Of a stretch of DNA of 64,000 nucleotides, positions 1-13,239 are shown piece after piece. Location of the stretch: NCBI RefSeq assembly GCF_036321535.1, contig NC_087436.1, positions 81,594,001-81,658,000 of the forward strand. The letters are read 5' to 3'. How positions within the stretch are numbered: the stretch's first letter is position 1; each line of letters begins with the position of its first letter. The notes below the pieces were generated by a model that was given only the letters and a program-made list of their open reading frames with translations, had not been told where the DNA came from and did no database searches. This DNA comes from Camelus dromedarius (Eukaryota). Both the position numbers and the translations under genes were made by a program.

Positions 1-39
1 TGCTGTTTACTGAAATAGGAAAGACTCTTCCTTCATTAT

Positions 40-573
40 ATCTGCCTGGAGAAACCCTGGCCTTTGTTAAACACAACGATCCAATTATTCTTGCCAGAAC
101 TTAAGCAAATGAACTACTGTAGAAAATCCTGACCATACTGCTTAGTCTCCCTACAAATTTGAGTCAAGATTCCTCAGCATTGCCAGAAATAATCCATGAT
201 TATTCCCTCAAAATTTCAATTCCCATTTTCCTAGATGACTATTTCATTCTTTCTTCTTATTCTCCTAAAATTTTCAAAAACCCCTTCTGCTCCACTCTCA
301 TCTGATAACCTTATATCATAATTTAAGAAAACCGCTGTAATCAAAGAACTACTTCATCTTTCCATCAAAAATTGTTGCTCTCTCTCTCTGCCTTTCCTTC
401 TGCTATTCTGGAAGTAGTACTGCTGCTCAGATCTTTGCCAGCCCTTCCTCTTGTGCCCTAACACCTGCTCTAATATGCTCTATTTTCTCAAAGCCCTTTT
501 CTATATAGTGCGTTCTCATGCTCTGTTGAATCCTTTCACTAGCATACAAATGTGTGTTAATATCACCCCACTT
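40..573 (+). mobile_element. Degenerate LINE-2 fragment (5' part, interrupted by L1)
   Basis: C/T-rich L2-like sequence that appears to resume after the L1 insert at ~1265. Confidence 0.5.
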
Positions 574-794
574 ACAGGCACATGAAAAGACGCTTAACAT
601 TGCTAGTTATCAGGGAAATGCAAATAAAAATGAGATATCACCTCAGACTTGTCAGAATGGCCACCGTCAAAAAGAACACAAATAACAAGTGTTGGCAAGG
701 ACGTAGAGAAAAGGGATCCTTCATACACTGTTGATGGGAATGTAAATTGGAAGCAACCTAAATGTCTGTTAACAGATGAATGGATAAAGATGTG

Positions 795-833
<39 letters not shown>

Positions 834-1232
834 GGAATAGCACTCAGCCATAAAAAAATAATAAAATTCTGCCATTTGCAGCAACATGGATGGACTTCGT
901 GGGTATTATGCTAAGTGAAATAAGTCATATGATATCACTTATGTATGGAAGCTAAAAAATACAACAAACTAGTAAATATAACAAAAAAGAAGCAGACTCA
1001 CAGATATAGAGAACAAACTAGTAGTTACCAGTGTGGAGAGGGAAAGGGGTAGGAGAAATATAGAGGCAGGGAATTAAAAGGTACAAAATATTTATATAAA
1101 ACAAGCTACAAGGATATATTGTATAATATGGGGACTATATCCAATATTTTATAATAACTATAAATGGAGTATAACCATTAAAAATTGTGAATCACTATAT
1201 TGTATACTTGTAACATATAATATTGTACATCA
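574..1232 (+). mobile_element. L1 (artiodactyl-type) ORF2 end + 3'UTR, 5'-truncated, internally deleted
   Basis: Hallmarks: 'catgaaaagacgc..cagggaaatgcaaat', 'gttggcaaggacgtagagaaaagg', 'ccatttgcagcaacatggatggac', 'gactcacagatatagagaacaaacta'. Confidence 0.92.
797..831. repeat. (CA)n microsatellite inside L1
   Basis: Direct sequence. Confidence 0.95.
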
Positions 1233-1264
1233 ATTTTTTTAGATGGGGAAAAAACAGAACAAAA

Positions 1265-2575
1265 TAAAAGCTTTTGTTGAACCCATGTCCCCTTCTAGCT
1301 ACCATCGCATTTCTCTGTATGTATTTACAACAAAATTCCTTCAAAGCCTATACTTGTTGTCCTCAAATCCCTTTTCTCCTTCTCTCTTGAACCCATTCCA
1401 GTTAGGCTTTTGCCCTTACCACCCACTGAAACAGATCTTGTCAAAATTTAATGACTCCCTGTTGCCAAATCCAATGGTAAAATATTGACCTGAAACCTGC
1501 TTGACCTATCAGCATCACTTGACACAGCTGACCATTCTCTCTTTGAAAGAATTTCTTCACTTGGCTTGACTAACTGATCTCTCCTCAGTCTCCTCATCTC
1601 CTGACTTCCAATGTTGAAGTGCCCAGATCTCAGGCCTCAGATCTTTCCTCTCCCCCTTTCCTTCCCTAGGGTATCTCATTTTGTCTCCTCTTTAAATATA
1701 ATCAGATGCTGACCACTCCCAAACTTGTACCTATAGTCATAGTCAGGACTTCTCCATTGAAGTCCAATGTGTATGTGTGTGTGTGTACACACACTCCAAG
1801 TCACCACTTACATGTCTAATAGATGTCTAAAAATTAAAATGTCTGAAACTGAATATTTGTTTTTCTTTGAAAAGCCTAGCCATACTGAGGTCTTCCCCCA
1901 TTTCAGTAAATATCAATTCTGTCCTTCCAAAATCTTGCAGCCATCATTGATTCTCCTCTTTTATTCAATATTCCAAATCCATTCTGTCAGCAAATACTAT
2001 CTGCTCTGCTTTCACTATATGTATCCCTAATTCAGTCATCTTTCGTGACCCTTACTATCACCATCTTGATTCAAAACACCAATGTTTCAGACCTACTTGG
2101 CTGCCTCTCAGGTCTCCTGTCCCTCCATCCTCTACTGCTCACTCCGCTCCACTCATGCTGTCCTTCTTTCTCTTGAACACCCAAAGCACATCTCAACCTT
2201 TGTTTATTTGCTTTTGTGTTCCTTCTCCTTGAGATACTCTTTCCCTAGGTCTTCATTTTGACAGCCTCCATCTCACCACTCAGGTCTTAACTGAAATATC
2301 ATATCCTCCCACAGGCCTTCCCTGACAGCTCCAGCCAGAGTTACTCACCCATCCTCCCATTTTCTATATTTACCCAGTTTTTTAATGCTTTATATAACTC
2401 ATCTGTATGTGACTGAGTGAATTACATGTCATTGTCTCCTCTACTCTCTTATCCTCAGTAGAATATAAACTCTTTGAGGGATGTGACTCCTTCTATGTTG
2501 CTCTTTATTATGCATTTCCAGTGCCTAGAATACTGCATGGTATGTGGTATTATACATACAGTAATGATTTAATTA
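1265..2575 (+). mobile_element. LINE-2 (L2a-like) ORF2 remnant and 3' end
   Basis: 1497-1541 translates LLDLSASLDTADHSL (L2 RT motif LLDLSAAFDTVDH); 3' end 'ccagtgcctagaatactgcatgg'. Confidence 0.85.
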
Positions 2576-3849
2576 CTGACTTCACAATGTCTGCCAACAT
2601 TTATTAAATGGCTAAAATGCACCTTTCCCCGTTCAAAATATAGTACAATACAAAGGTAAGAGTAATAAAATACCTGCCATATGAGAGAAAAAGATAAGTA
2701 TCAAACTATTGCAATGCAATGTGACATTCTCTGCTTTCCTCTCCCCACCTCCTAAACATAAACTACATAAATTATTAGAACCCACTAGTCTGTTAGAGTG
2801 AGCTACACTAGGCTGTGTAGTGAGTATATCTTCTTGTCATTATGACACATGCCTGGACTCCTTAATGTTTTTGGTTCCTGTCATTTTGACAAATTCAAAT
2901 TTCTCTTTGCTAGCCTCAGTGCTTCAAATCTCTTCTTCCAGTTAATTCAAACTCTGTCTCCTAAAATCTTCCCTTTTTATCACCATGACTACCTCATTGC
3001 ACTCCTTAAGCTCTTCCTCTGACTCCCAGGTCTTAATAATTCAATTTAGAAAGTGCTTGCGTGCCTACGAGCACAGTGAGTCTGTGCACTTGTCTCAGCA
3101 CTCCCGGCCTGTGTCTCTGCACCTACTCTCTTGTCTCTGTGCAACCCACTTCATTTATTAATTCACACTCTTCTTCCTCCATGTGTCTGCTCCCATTTGG
3201 AGAGCAGTACCACTTCAGATACTGCATTCCTTGCTACTACCTGCTCAGCCAAGCCCAGCCTCAGTCTGATTAATAATAAAATCCTAGATAACAAAATACA
3301 AATTATCAGAAAGCAATTCAACCTCATTCTAATACAAGTTGCAATAACACAAAATTCAAATATTTGGCATCCTTAAGGTCATATACTAACAAGGTTCCCA
3401 TATAGTAGTAGTAAAACTAATATGAAAATTCTAATTAAAAGATATTTCTACAGTGAGCTAGCCTAAATTTAAAATTTTTAAAGTAAAATATGCTACCATG
3501 AGGCTGTTTTCTGAATAACTGAATATTATAATTTAAAGAGGATGAAAAGTCTTGTGAAGATATTATGGTATCAATTTATAAGAGAAAGTTTACAACTTTA
3601 AATAAGAAAACACGCAGATATTATGATAAAATACTTTAAATTTCTTTGAGAAAATCAAAATATTTTAAAAGCATTACATGGATCAGTTTATTATAGTATC
3701 CATTTAGCACAGAAATGGAATGCATTTTATGTTCTAATTCCAGCTAGAAATTGGGGATCTTACTCTTCAAAAGTTGCTCAGCATTCTGACACATAAAATG
3801 AAGAGATTAATTTGACTTTGAATGTGGCAAGCTCTTATTCTTACTGTAT

Positions 3850-4050
3850 TTTTTTCTTGCATGTAATGTCTTCTGGTACATGTCTAAAAAGTGTTACCTA
3901 CTCCAAAGTATAAAATCTATTCTTAAAATGTTTCCCTGAAATTTTACGGCTTTAGCTCACATGTTTAATCTTATAATCCACCTCAAATTAATTTCTGTAT
4001 GATGTCAAATAGAGCTTGAGATTTATTTTTTTCCATACATTTATATTCAT
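3850..4050 (-). mobile_element. Old L1M ORF2 fragment
   Basis: 'tttagctcacatgtttaatcttataatccacctcaaattaatttctgtatgatg' resembles antisense L1M. Confidence 0.7.
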
Positions 4051-4476
4051 TATTGAATTTTAAGTGAAAATTTTGGGGTGAGAAACATAAAAACACAAGA
4101 TACCTAACATGAGCACTAATTTTCTTTCCTTCACATTTTGCCAGGTTTCTTCCTGTTGTTGTTGCTTTTACTGTCCCTCACATCTCCACAAGAAGAGTCC
4201 AAATAGATGTGGACTACTATGGTTCACAGGTCTAGAGAAGGCAAACTGCTTTTGCCATTTGCTTCTGACCAAAGCCCACATTACTTGAAGATATTTGCTT
4301 GATGACTCAAGCTTAGGAAGTTTCTTAGGTCTCATACAACCCGGAGTCAACATGCACATTGAGCAAACTGCATCGTCTGCTGCTCGTAAGAAACAGCACT
4401 GACACATGATTTGATCTACCCAGAATTCCACCTTAGCAGCCATCTGCAAAATACAGTTGCCTCCCGGGTAGAGGAT

Positions 4477-4953
4477 TGTGAACGAAAAAAAATGCAAGCC
4501 ATATCAGTAAACAGAGAATGCTGAAGCCATCAAGTCATCAGCCACTGCCGCCACCCCCCAGTGAAGACAAGCCTGCTGCCCAGCCTCTGCAGCCACTCAC
4601 AATGGTGCACTCTGAGGGGACTCAGAACAAGAAAGGACGTGATACTGGCCCTAGATAGCTAGGTGCTTGTCAAAGGAATGAATTCAATGAGCCCAAACAT
4701 TTGCTCCCTCCCATACATAGAAAAGCACCGATTTCTTTAACTTGAGATGTCTGGTCTTCTTCAGTTAACAAGTAATCTTTTAATGTTCAGGCTACTTGGT
4801 CTTTGTTGTAAAACTCATATATCCTAGCTCCTCCCCTACCTCTTTGGAGCAGTTTCTCAGAGCGATCTGAGAGGCTGTTATCCTGGCTCAAGTCCTTCCC
4901 CCAAATAAAACATAACTCTCAACTTTTAGGCTGTGCATTTGTTTCAGTTGACA
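4477..4953 (+). mobile_element. ERV1-class solo LTR
   Basis: TGTGAAC...GTTGACA inverted termini; TATA-like 'catatatcc'; AATAAA at ~4904; 4-bp flanks ggat/gggt (TSD with 1 mismatch). Confidence 0.85.
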
Positions 4954-5679
4954 GGGTCTAGAGCAGCCTCCAGGTCTCTTTTTAATAAAGTTAACACATG
5001 CTATTTTGCAGAGCTTTTTAAAATTCTACAAAATAAAATAACCAAGTAGAAACAAACACTTCAACATATCTAATTATAGAATCTCATTATTTTACCTAAA
5101 TATTTTTAAATCTGCCATTTCTATTTACTATAAGGTACACACCAGCATTCTCACTTTAGGAAAACAACAGCTCCACTGTGATAAAAAGGAAATAAAAGCT
5201 GTGTGAGCACATAATTTCATCTTGCCCAAGGCCTAACAAAAGAAAGACAACTGCTCTGTAGAGTTATTTAACAAAGTGAAAATACAAGCTGCACCTGTTA
5301 GCAAAGGCCAAAAAGTTCTCCAAATGACAGTTCACATTTCATCCTTTTCTAAAATCCCATTAATAAAATCAACCAACAGAAGACAGTTGACATGTTTCAT
5401 TTGTACTTTTATAGTATGGATATTAACTGGTTCACGGTCACGAAGTTGACAAAGTATTTTAGGAGAAACTAATACAATTTTGTGGTGGTGTCTATGACGT
5501 CCAGAGAATTTGACTTACTGCCAGCAGTCACCAAGTCTGGCTCTGGGCAATCAGATATTGATATTGTTTCAAAGTTTTTGCCTTCATCACGTTTGATTTC
5601 GATACAGCACTACTGGAAAGTATTTGAAAATAGGGAGCTAATGTATAATTTCTGTGATTTTTCCATAAAACTCAAATAC

Positions 5680-5752
5680 CTGGTACCAAGTGTTGTATTC
5701 AAAGAAACAAAAGGCAGCAACCAAAAGTAATTCCAATTTCTAGTTGTACTGC
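5680..5752 (-). other. Candidate (probably non-coding) exon; alternative donor at 5519
   Basis: Minus-strand acceptor ctctaacttttttcag|G at 5753/5752; donors CAG|gtattt (5680) and GCA|gtaagt (5519); non-repetitive sequence with retained CpGs. Confidence 0.35.
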
Positions 5753-5794
5753 CTGAAAAAAGTTAGAGATCCAATTTGCAACCTATTTCTTTAA

Positions 5795-5968
5795 AATCTC
5801 TTTTTTTCTCATTCCCGTTGATTTCCCATTTTTCCTCCTCCTTAACTTTCCCCACTCTCCCTTCCCACTCTCTTCCTTAAATCTCCTTCCCTTTCTTCTG
5901 TCTCTTGATGGAGCTTTCCCTTTCCCTTCCCTCTTCCCTTTTATCCCCGCTGTTCTCTTTTTCTCTCA
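5795..5968. repeat. Polypyrimidine low-complexity tract
   Basis: ~170 nt, almost entirely C/T. Confidence 0.85.
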
Positions 5969-7331
5969 GGACAATATCTTCATGCAAATACTCATCCCAG
6001 ATTCTACTGTTCAGCCTCTAAAGATCTTGCCAATCTGCAGAGTAAATTGGTGAGGCAGGAGAATAGAGAAGAGCGTGTCTCCTCACACATTAAGATTTTC
6101 TATTCCTGTTACATACATATCACCTCTCTCAAGGAGTCTCAGGACATTTTAAGGTACTCAGCATCTCAGTGCACCTCCCACTAGTAGTTACCTGTCAATC
6201 AAACTTGACAGAAAGGCTGAGGTTAAGCAATTTTCTCAATTAAATTGAGGATAATAAGGAATTTGGCTTAGGGCTCTGTCTCCCAAATTAAAACACTTTC
6301 CCAGTGAATACCAAGCGTCTCTGAGGCTTTACGTGTACAAGCACATCTTACTCATCTTGAAAATCACTTTTACTGGCATTATCAACTTTCTCCACTCTTC
6401 CAAAACAAAGGATCTTGATTAAAACAAAGAAAATTAAACCTATGATAATAATTTTGTGCAGCCACTAGGTGAACATGCACCAGTTTTTTCACAAAATAAA
6501 TACAAAATTCTTACCACAATGGATTCTTAAAGAAATCACTTCCAGTTACACTGCCTGATAAATATGTAAAAATATTAAAAACCCTTATCTCTATATCTAC
6601 TTAGGGAGTAAAATTCTAGCTAATTTTGTGTAAAACATAGGGCTGCTAGGTGTTTCCTTGCTAGAATATAAAGAAGGTCACAATCTAAAATAATCTACAT
6701 AATTTTTTAGATAAGATGAAAGTGAAATCCATGACAAGGAGATGACATAGTCTACATCTAATGAGTGACTCCATATACTCAATCCTACATGGTCCTACTG
6801 GGAAAGTCACACTTAAAATCACATTTCGTCAGATGTGGAAGACTCAAAGGACAGCAAATGCCAGAGTAAGCTTCCCATCTCATGAAAGACCACTCTAGGG
6901 CTACAACTGCCCAGGCCTTAAAGATTCTAAAGTCAAGTATGATTTTACTACCTCTACAAAAGATCTATGTGCTGTAGTTTCCAAGGTGTAAAGACACACA
7001 AATTTTGAGCCTTAACTAGAAAGCCGTCTTCTTCAGGAAACTTCCCACAATAAGGTTAAAGCATTTTCCATCTTACATAATTTCAACTTTCCTGGCACTT
7101 TATTCGTATTTGATTTGGCGTTTAAATACAGCTTAGCACTCAATGCCTGTTTGACTTCTTCAATGTCAAGCAAGCCTATCATCTGTACGTGCAAAGGTTG
7201 TTCAACAGGTATTGTAACACTGAAAATATACTTTTGATCTTTATTTTCATGAAACGTTTTCTACTTTGAGAAGTGTGAAAATTTCTGATAGAAATCTATA
7301 TTAAACCTGTTTTAGTGTTTTCCTCCTATTT

Positions 7332-7917
7332 TGTTGAGTTTATTTAGCCAATTCGTATTTTTCCATGACCAATGGTCTTCTGGTTCCTCAAGACTACCAG
7401 GCGATTGAGAGAGGTGATTAGGCAGGCTTGCTGACCCGGACTAATTATTAACAAGGGGAAGAAAATGTCAAACTGTTAAGAAAAACAAGATGTTTCTCTT
7501 AGGCCACAGCTGGCTCCTTGATTCCAAGGGCACAGCCACATAATAGGATGTTTTTGTTCCACAGCCACTGCCCTAATCCCAAGGACATAACCCAGTATCT
7601 TTTCCTTTGTTCTCTTCCCCACTGAAGTTCCTGTTCTAGGGTTGAGCTCCGCAGGAGGAAAGAGCCCGTAACATGAAAAAAGTGATTGGCTTTTGCACCA
7701 TCAGAATGAAGATAATGATGGCAGAGCCTTCCAATAAAAGACTCTCAGCCCAGTGGGTGATGGGGGGGTACTGTCTCAACTAGCTACCTGGCTGAGCAAT
7801 AAAGTACTTTTCTCACTTTGTTTCTCTGCCTCTGCTGAGAATACCTTCTCAACCGGCAAGCAAGGACCCATACTTTTGGTGGGCTTCCTAATTTGGAAAT
7901 CTCTCCATCCACTAACA
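7332..7917 (+). mobile_element. LTR-like element (ERV solo LTR), boundaries uncertain
   Basis: TATA-like 'ccaataaaag', polyA signal 'caataaagtacttttctc', ends '...actaaca'; no TSD found. Confidence 0.55.
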
Positions 7918-8074
7918 CAGCATTTCTGCATTTTCCTAGTACCTGTCTCTATTATTCCATCCCCTACAACTAGTTATTTCAAACTAACTTCTTTCTTTTC
8001 AAACCTTATGCCCTTTCCCACCAACTCTTAATTCTTAGAAAATAATGTCATCTCCTCATTTACAGAGAATATAG

Positions 8075-8503
8075 AATCTGTCTGTACAATAGTGTAAGCT
8101 GCTGTAACAAAGGAGCTCCCCAACCCAGTATTTCAATAAGATAAATGCTTATTTGCTTCTGGCATAACATGCAAAGGGAGATAGCAAGCAGTCTAGGCTC
8201 TGCTTGGGGCAACAGCCAGGACCCCTGGCTCATGCCCTCAAGTGACGAAAACATGGTTTTCATCTGTGTCCTAGACTGCCTTCCATTTTAGTCACTTCCC
8301 AGCCAGGTGGGGAGAAAGGGGAATCGGGGCAAGCCACTTTATCTTTCCCAGACAATGCACACATCATTCCATTCACATCCCATTGGCCCGAATATGATTA
8401 CAGAACCACATTTAGCTGCAAGGGAGGCCATGTACCTAGCTAAAATTCAGGGGGGTTCTATTACTAACAAGAATAAAAGGAAAATTAATACCAGAGGCAA
8501 TTT
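8075..8503 (-). mobile_element. MaLR LTR (MLT1J/K-like)
   Basis: 'taagctgctgtaacaaa', 'cacatcccattggcc', 'agctgcaagggaggc'. Confidence 0.75.
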
Positions 8504-8874
8504 ATCATACATCAAACCAACAGATAGTAATTTTTCAAACTATTTCCACAAATCGTCACTCTAACCCTAACCATAAACCACACACACACACACACACACA
8601 ATGTATCTGGGTCCACACCCATTCCTTCTGACTCCCTTTGGTTAGTGGAGGATTTAATCATCCTCGTTCCATCTTGAATCTATCTTATTTCATTTTCTAG
8701 GGGCCTTTTCTATCATTTATTCTCTCTGTAACTTCAAATACTCTGTGTCTGCTGGATCTTCCCCATCGGAATTTATACGTTTAGATCTCTTCTGTTTTCA
8801 TTCTTCAATTTCTTTGAACTAGTTTCTTCTATAACCTCCTTTATAAACTTAAATTCTTGTGAGATTCCTCTAAA

Positions 8875-9054
8875 ACAGGGACACATGCTGTTCCATGAAC
8901 TGACTTCATCAGAATCACCTTTGGAACCCTCTAAAAATTCACACACCTAGGTCTTCTCTTGGGGGAAGTCAATTCAGTAAGCCTAGCATGGTACAGAATC
9001 TATATTTTTAAAGCCTCCAGATGATCATAAGTGCACCCAGTTTGGAGACCCCTG
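8875..9054. mobile_element. MER5A-like hAT-Charlie DNA transposon
   Basis: 'catcagaatcacct', 'gaatctatatttttaaagcctccagatgat', 'agtttggagacccctg'. Confidence 0.75.
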
Positions 9055-9289
9055 GTGTGCTCTTCATTTGTACTGCCTCACCTCCTATTCACACACCCAG
9101 TTCTGCTTCCATCCTTACTAGCCCACTCAGGAGATTATGAAAATCACATCTCTATCTACCTGCTGGGACAGGCTAGAAAACCACAAGTCAATCCTGACTC
9201 CTCTTCCTCCTTTTGCCCACTCACCATCACACTAACCACTGCTCACAGATATCTCCTCTGTTGCTAAAGATAAAACTTATTCATAGAAG

Positions 9290-9495
9290 GTAATGTTCAC
9301 TGGTTGAAGCACTTCATGTGGTTTGACTCTGGTATTCCTCTTAATAACCTGAGTATCTGGTACTATCATTATCACCAATTTTTAAATGAGACACAAACCC
9401 AGAGAGGCTAACAGCTCAGCATCACAGTGCTAGTTGGGGGCAAACACCAGGATTTGGACTCACGGTCTGGTTCCTAGTCTATGGTCTTAACTCTC
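9290..9495 (-). mobile_element. MIR SINE
   Basis: MIR core 'tactatcattatcaccaattttt..cagagaggcta..aggatttggactc'. Confidence 0.75.
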
Positions 9496-10530
9496 AAGCA
9501 TTCCTCTAAACTCCTTCTTTATCCCTTAAACATCTCTCCAAGTTACTCAGAACTCACCAGCATACCCTGGACTACATCATCCCTTCCCCAGTTTAATAGA
9601 GTGGCCTCTAATTAGTCTCTAAGCCTCAACTCCCAGCACTTATCACATTGTACTGCAATGGCCTGTTTCTTTTATTCCCCCATTAGAGTGTTTGAGGATA
9701 GAAAGTGTTTCTTTCATTGTGTTCCCAGCACCTAAAACAATGTCTGACACATAATCAGTGCATAAGAACTATTTGTGGTATCAATGAGTGAAATAACAAA
9801 TAAAAGTTTCCTTCCCCAAATATTTGCCTATCCTCACATTACTCCTCTTAAGCAATAGCCTCATTATACTTTACTCCTCAGTTTACGAACCATACACTCC
9901 GGGACTTCATGGATTACCGATAGCCTAACCATCCACAGGGAACACTTTTTAAAAGTCAGCAATAAACCTGACTAGGCTCTTAAACATTAGGAATAGCTAC
10001 CATCATCAAAGCCACTGAAAAAGTTCTTTTGCATTTTATTTGCTCATATTATACAAAGTTTGGCTTGTAATAGACTTGCAGCCTCAGCTTCGACCTTACA
10101 AAAGTCTTCTGGGAAAGAAAATAGTTCTTGACAGCTAGCTTCTGTAGCTGGAGAAATGCCACAAAAAATCTGAATATGCTGCTGTTCCTTAAAATAAAAC
10201 CCTCTCTCATTCATGTAATTAGTGTTGCTTTGGAAGCATTATTTCCATGGATAAGTGCAGCATAATTAATGCAATGTACAAATCCCATCTCCAACTAGAA
10301 TTTTAACATAATCTATTGCCAAATTCTATCCTCAAAGAAACTTAACAAAAGTTAAATGTTTTTAATTTATATAAATGACACCAAAAAAAAATTATGTTTT
10401 GTTTGGAATTGCTTATCTCATCGTCTTAGGGCCTCTTTATTTCAAGTGGTAATACTCTGACTAACTGCATTTTATCTCATATTCAAATTTTACTTTATTT
10501 CCCAATCCCTATCTTAATTTAGATGCCTTT

Positions 10531-10785
10531 GGGAAGGGGGGTGGGAAGGGATAGACTGAGAGTTCAAAATTTGTAGATACTGACAGGCATATGTAGAATA
10601 GATAAACTGTGTAGCACAGGGAAATATATACAAGATCTTGTGGTAGCTCACAGTGGGAAAAAAAGTGACAATGAATATATGCGTTCATGTATAACTGAAA
10701 AATTGTGCTCTACACTGGAATTTGACACAACATTGTAAAATGACTATAACTCAATAAAAAAAGTTTAAATAATAATAATAATAAT
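10531..10785 (+). mobile_element. Young 5'-truncated L1 3' end (camelid-type) with perfect TSD
   Basis: 15-bp TSD aatttagatgccttt at 10516-10530 and 10786-10800; TT|AA endonuclease site; AATAAA plus (AAT)n tail. Confidence 0.93.
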
Positions 10786-10839
10786 AATTTAGATGCCTTT
10801 TATTAATACAGTCTATTCAAATCTTATATCATTTTTAAA

Positions 10840-11270
10840 AAACAGAAATGTACTGCCAATCTACTGTGTGTTCAGCCCTGTTTTAGGCATTGAAAAATCA
10901 GAAATAAAAAGATGACAGGAGATTCCTCCCCTGAGGGAGCTTATATTACAAGAAGGGAGAAAGACAGCAAACAAGCAAATGAACTGTATACTTTCAGAGA
11001 GTAGTGAGTGTTAGAACAAGAATAGGGGCAGAGTGATGGAGAGGCAACTGTGCCAGGTCAGGGCGTGGGCAGGCCAGGGGGGCTGTTTTAGACAGGACAA
11101 CCAGACAAGGTCTTCCTGAAGGGATGATACACAACTTCAGATGGGAAAAAGGTTAGCCAAGTGTATACTGGAGGGAAAAGTATTCTAGGCAAAAGTAATG
11201 CAACAGCAACCTCAAATACTCTTGAGAAAGGGATGAACGTAGCATGTTTGACTGATGGGGAAAAAGTCAG
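10840..11270 (-). mobile_element. LINE-2 3' fragment
   Basis: 'ctactgtgtgttcagccctgttttaggc', 'cctgagggagcttatatt'. Confidence 0.75.
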
Positions 11271-11394
11271 TAATAATAGAAGAATAGCGATTTTTAAATC
11301 ACATGGCCTTCCACTATATTTGATTTTATTTTCTCTAAGAAAACACATACTCACAATGTTCATTGTAAGCTTATCAAGCTACCAACATGAACCC

Positions 11395-11687
11395 CAAGTA
11401 CACAGAGTTGGGAAGAGATGTGCAGTGGCATACCATCACAGAGCATTTCAACAGACTAATAGCCTCAAGAACATAAATAACGTAACAATAGTACAGTGTG
11501 ATTTTAAAAACCAGGAAATGATGTCTCCAGATTTTATTTATCGTTAGTTTTAGTAGCACTTGTTTGTGAGTTTATACAATGTAATTTTTAATAATGGCTG
11601 TATTTAATAATTGGGTGGTAAAACACCTTAGAATTTAAGAAGTGGTTTTGCAAGCTGGTCCAGGCCAGCTCCAGCACACCACTACTG
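11395..11687 (-). mobile_element. MER63-like hAT-Blackjack DNA transposon
   Basis: 'agagttgggaagagatgtgcagtggca' and terminus 'ccagctccagcacaccact'. Confidence 0.75.
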
Positions 11688-11804
11688 CATGCTTTCCCTG
11701 ACTCAGGGCTCTTTAACCTGCCCAGAAGCCAAAGATGGTCTACAGGGACATTTAATTTTGTGTCCAGCTTCCTACTGCCAAATAGTTTTTCCCATTTCCC
11801 CATC

Positions 11805-11850
11805 ACTCACCTGAAAACAAACAGAAAAAAAAAAAAGAAAAAGGAAGTAA
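11805..11850 (-). other. Recursive splice-site motif (polyY-CAG|GTGAGT)
   Basis: Minus strand: cttcctttttc(t)n ctgtttgttttcag|gtgagt, junction 11811/11810. Confidence 0.45.
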
Positions 11851-13239
11851 TGATTTGTAAATATACCCTTTGTGGCATATATCCTGGGAAGTAAACTGAG
11901 TTATTTAACTTTCAGGATTTTTCATGTATTAGAGGATTCTATACTAGCTCTTGGCAGTAACAAACTAATAACATTGTTCAAAAGCAATCATATAACAAAT
12001 TTAATACTAAGATTACTACGATGCTTTTAAAAATACCTAAGCATCCTAAGCATTGAGATAAAAGCTAATGTTTGTGTGACTAGATGGCTAAGCAGAGCAT
12101 AACTTTTTAAAATGCTAACTTTTTTTTTTGCAAAAGCAAAGTACACAAGAACGCTAAGTAACCAGTATCACCATGTTCCAAGTTGATAAATACAAGAGCA
12201 TTGCTAAAACTGTAGCATACTAAATACTGGCTTATAATGAGTCTATAATTTTATTTTTTTCTACCTTTAGCCACGCCTTCACTATCACTCTTCTAAATTT
12301 AATTTTGTTAACAAAGAATTTACCAAACATTAAAAATTGTCACTATCTGTTGGAGGCCTGGAGCAGATGTTACTATTTTGAAGTGGAGACAAACACACAC
12401 GAGCAACACATAATACTACTCCAAAGATTGCAAAAAATTAAGGAGGGCTTACAGATTGGATCTCTAATCTAAGAAAAAAAGGATATATATGTATATATAA
12501 ATTTATTATGTAAATGAAACACAAAAGTATTAAAATTACGACGGTTTTTAAACAGGTACTTCAGTTATATGCAAAACATACAAATGACAAAAGATCATGG
12601 GCTTACACAGGGATGATTACAAATAGTTTTCTTTAAGAATAATTTGTCAACGTCACTATTTTGGCACATGTTTTACTCATATCAAAAGACAGATGTACAG
12701 TTTTACATATGGAGGGTTGTTTCAAATGAGCTATTCATAGTATCATAAAACCCAGGCTAATAGCCAAATTGGCCTGAAGGCCTTACTAACAAATGTAGCT
12801 TTCAAGAACAGCAAAAGAAATGGCCTGGATACTCATTAAACGGACAGAATTGACTATAATTCACTAACTCCCTAGTGTGGTACTACATTTTGTCTTAGAA
12901 TAAGGATTGCCTTTGGCTATGGCGACTACTCCAAAATATGGACATAGTGGACTGCTCATCTTTCACTTAGCTTATTACACAGATGGAGCATTCAGTTATG
13001 TGTAGTTTAAGGAACAGATTATGTTCCAAATCACAGAAACTTAGACACTGAAAGGCAAGAATGAGTTATATGTGATACAGGAATCGATATGAATTAGAGG
13101 TTTTGCAATATAATAAAACCTGCAAATAAAAAATAAATAAAATTTACTAAATACTAGAAATGTTAACCCAACTAAAGTTTCAGGAAGAAAAAAAAAGTTA
13201 ACTTAATAATTTATTAAAAGAAAAGTATGATTAAAAATT

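Noticed and set aside
649..840. ORFs resembling L1 ORF2 (also 54204-54425)
   Set aside because: Fragments of truncated L1 copies, not genes
4168..4497. 109-aa Cys-rich minus-strand ORF
   Set aside because: Starts inside an LTR; no known motif; likely chance
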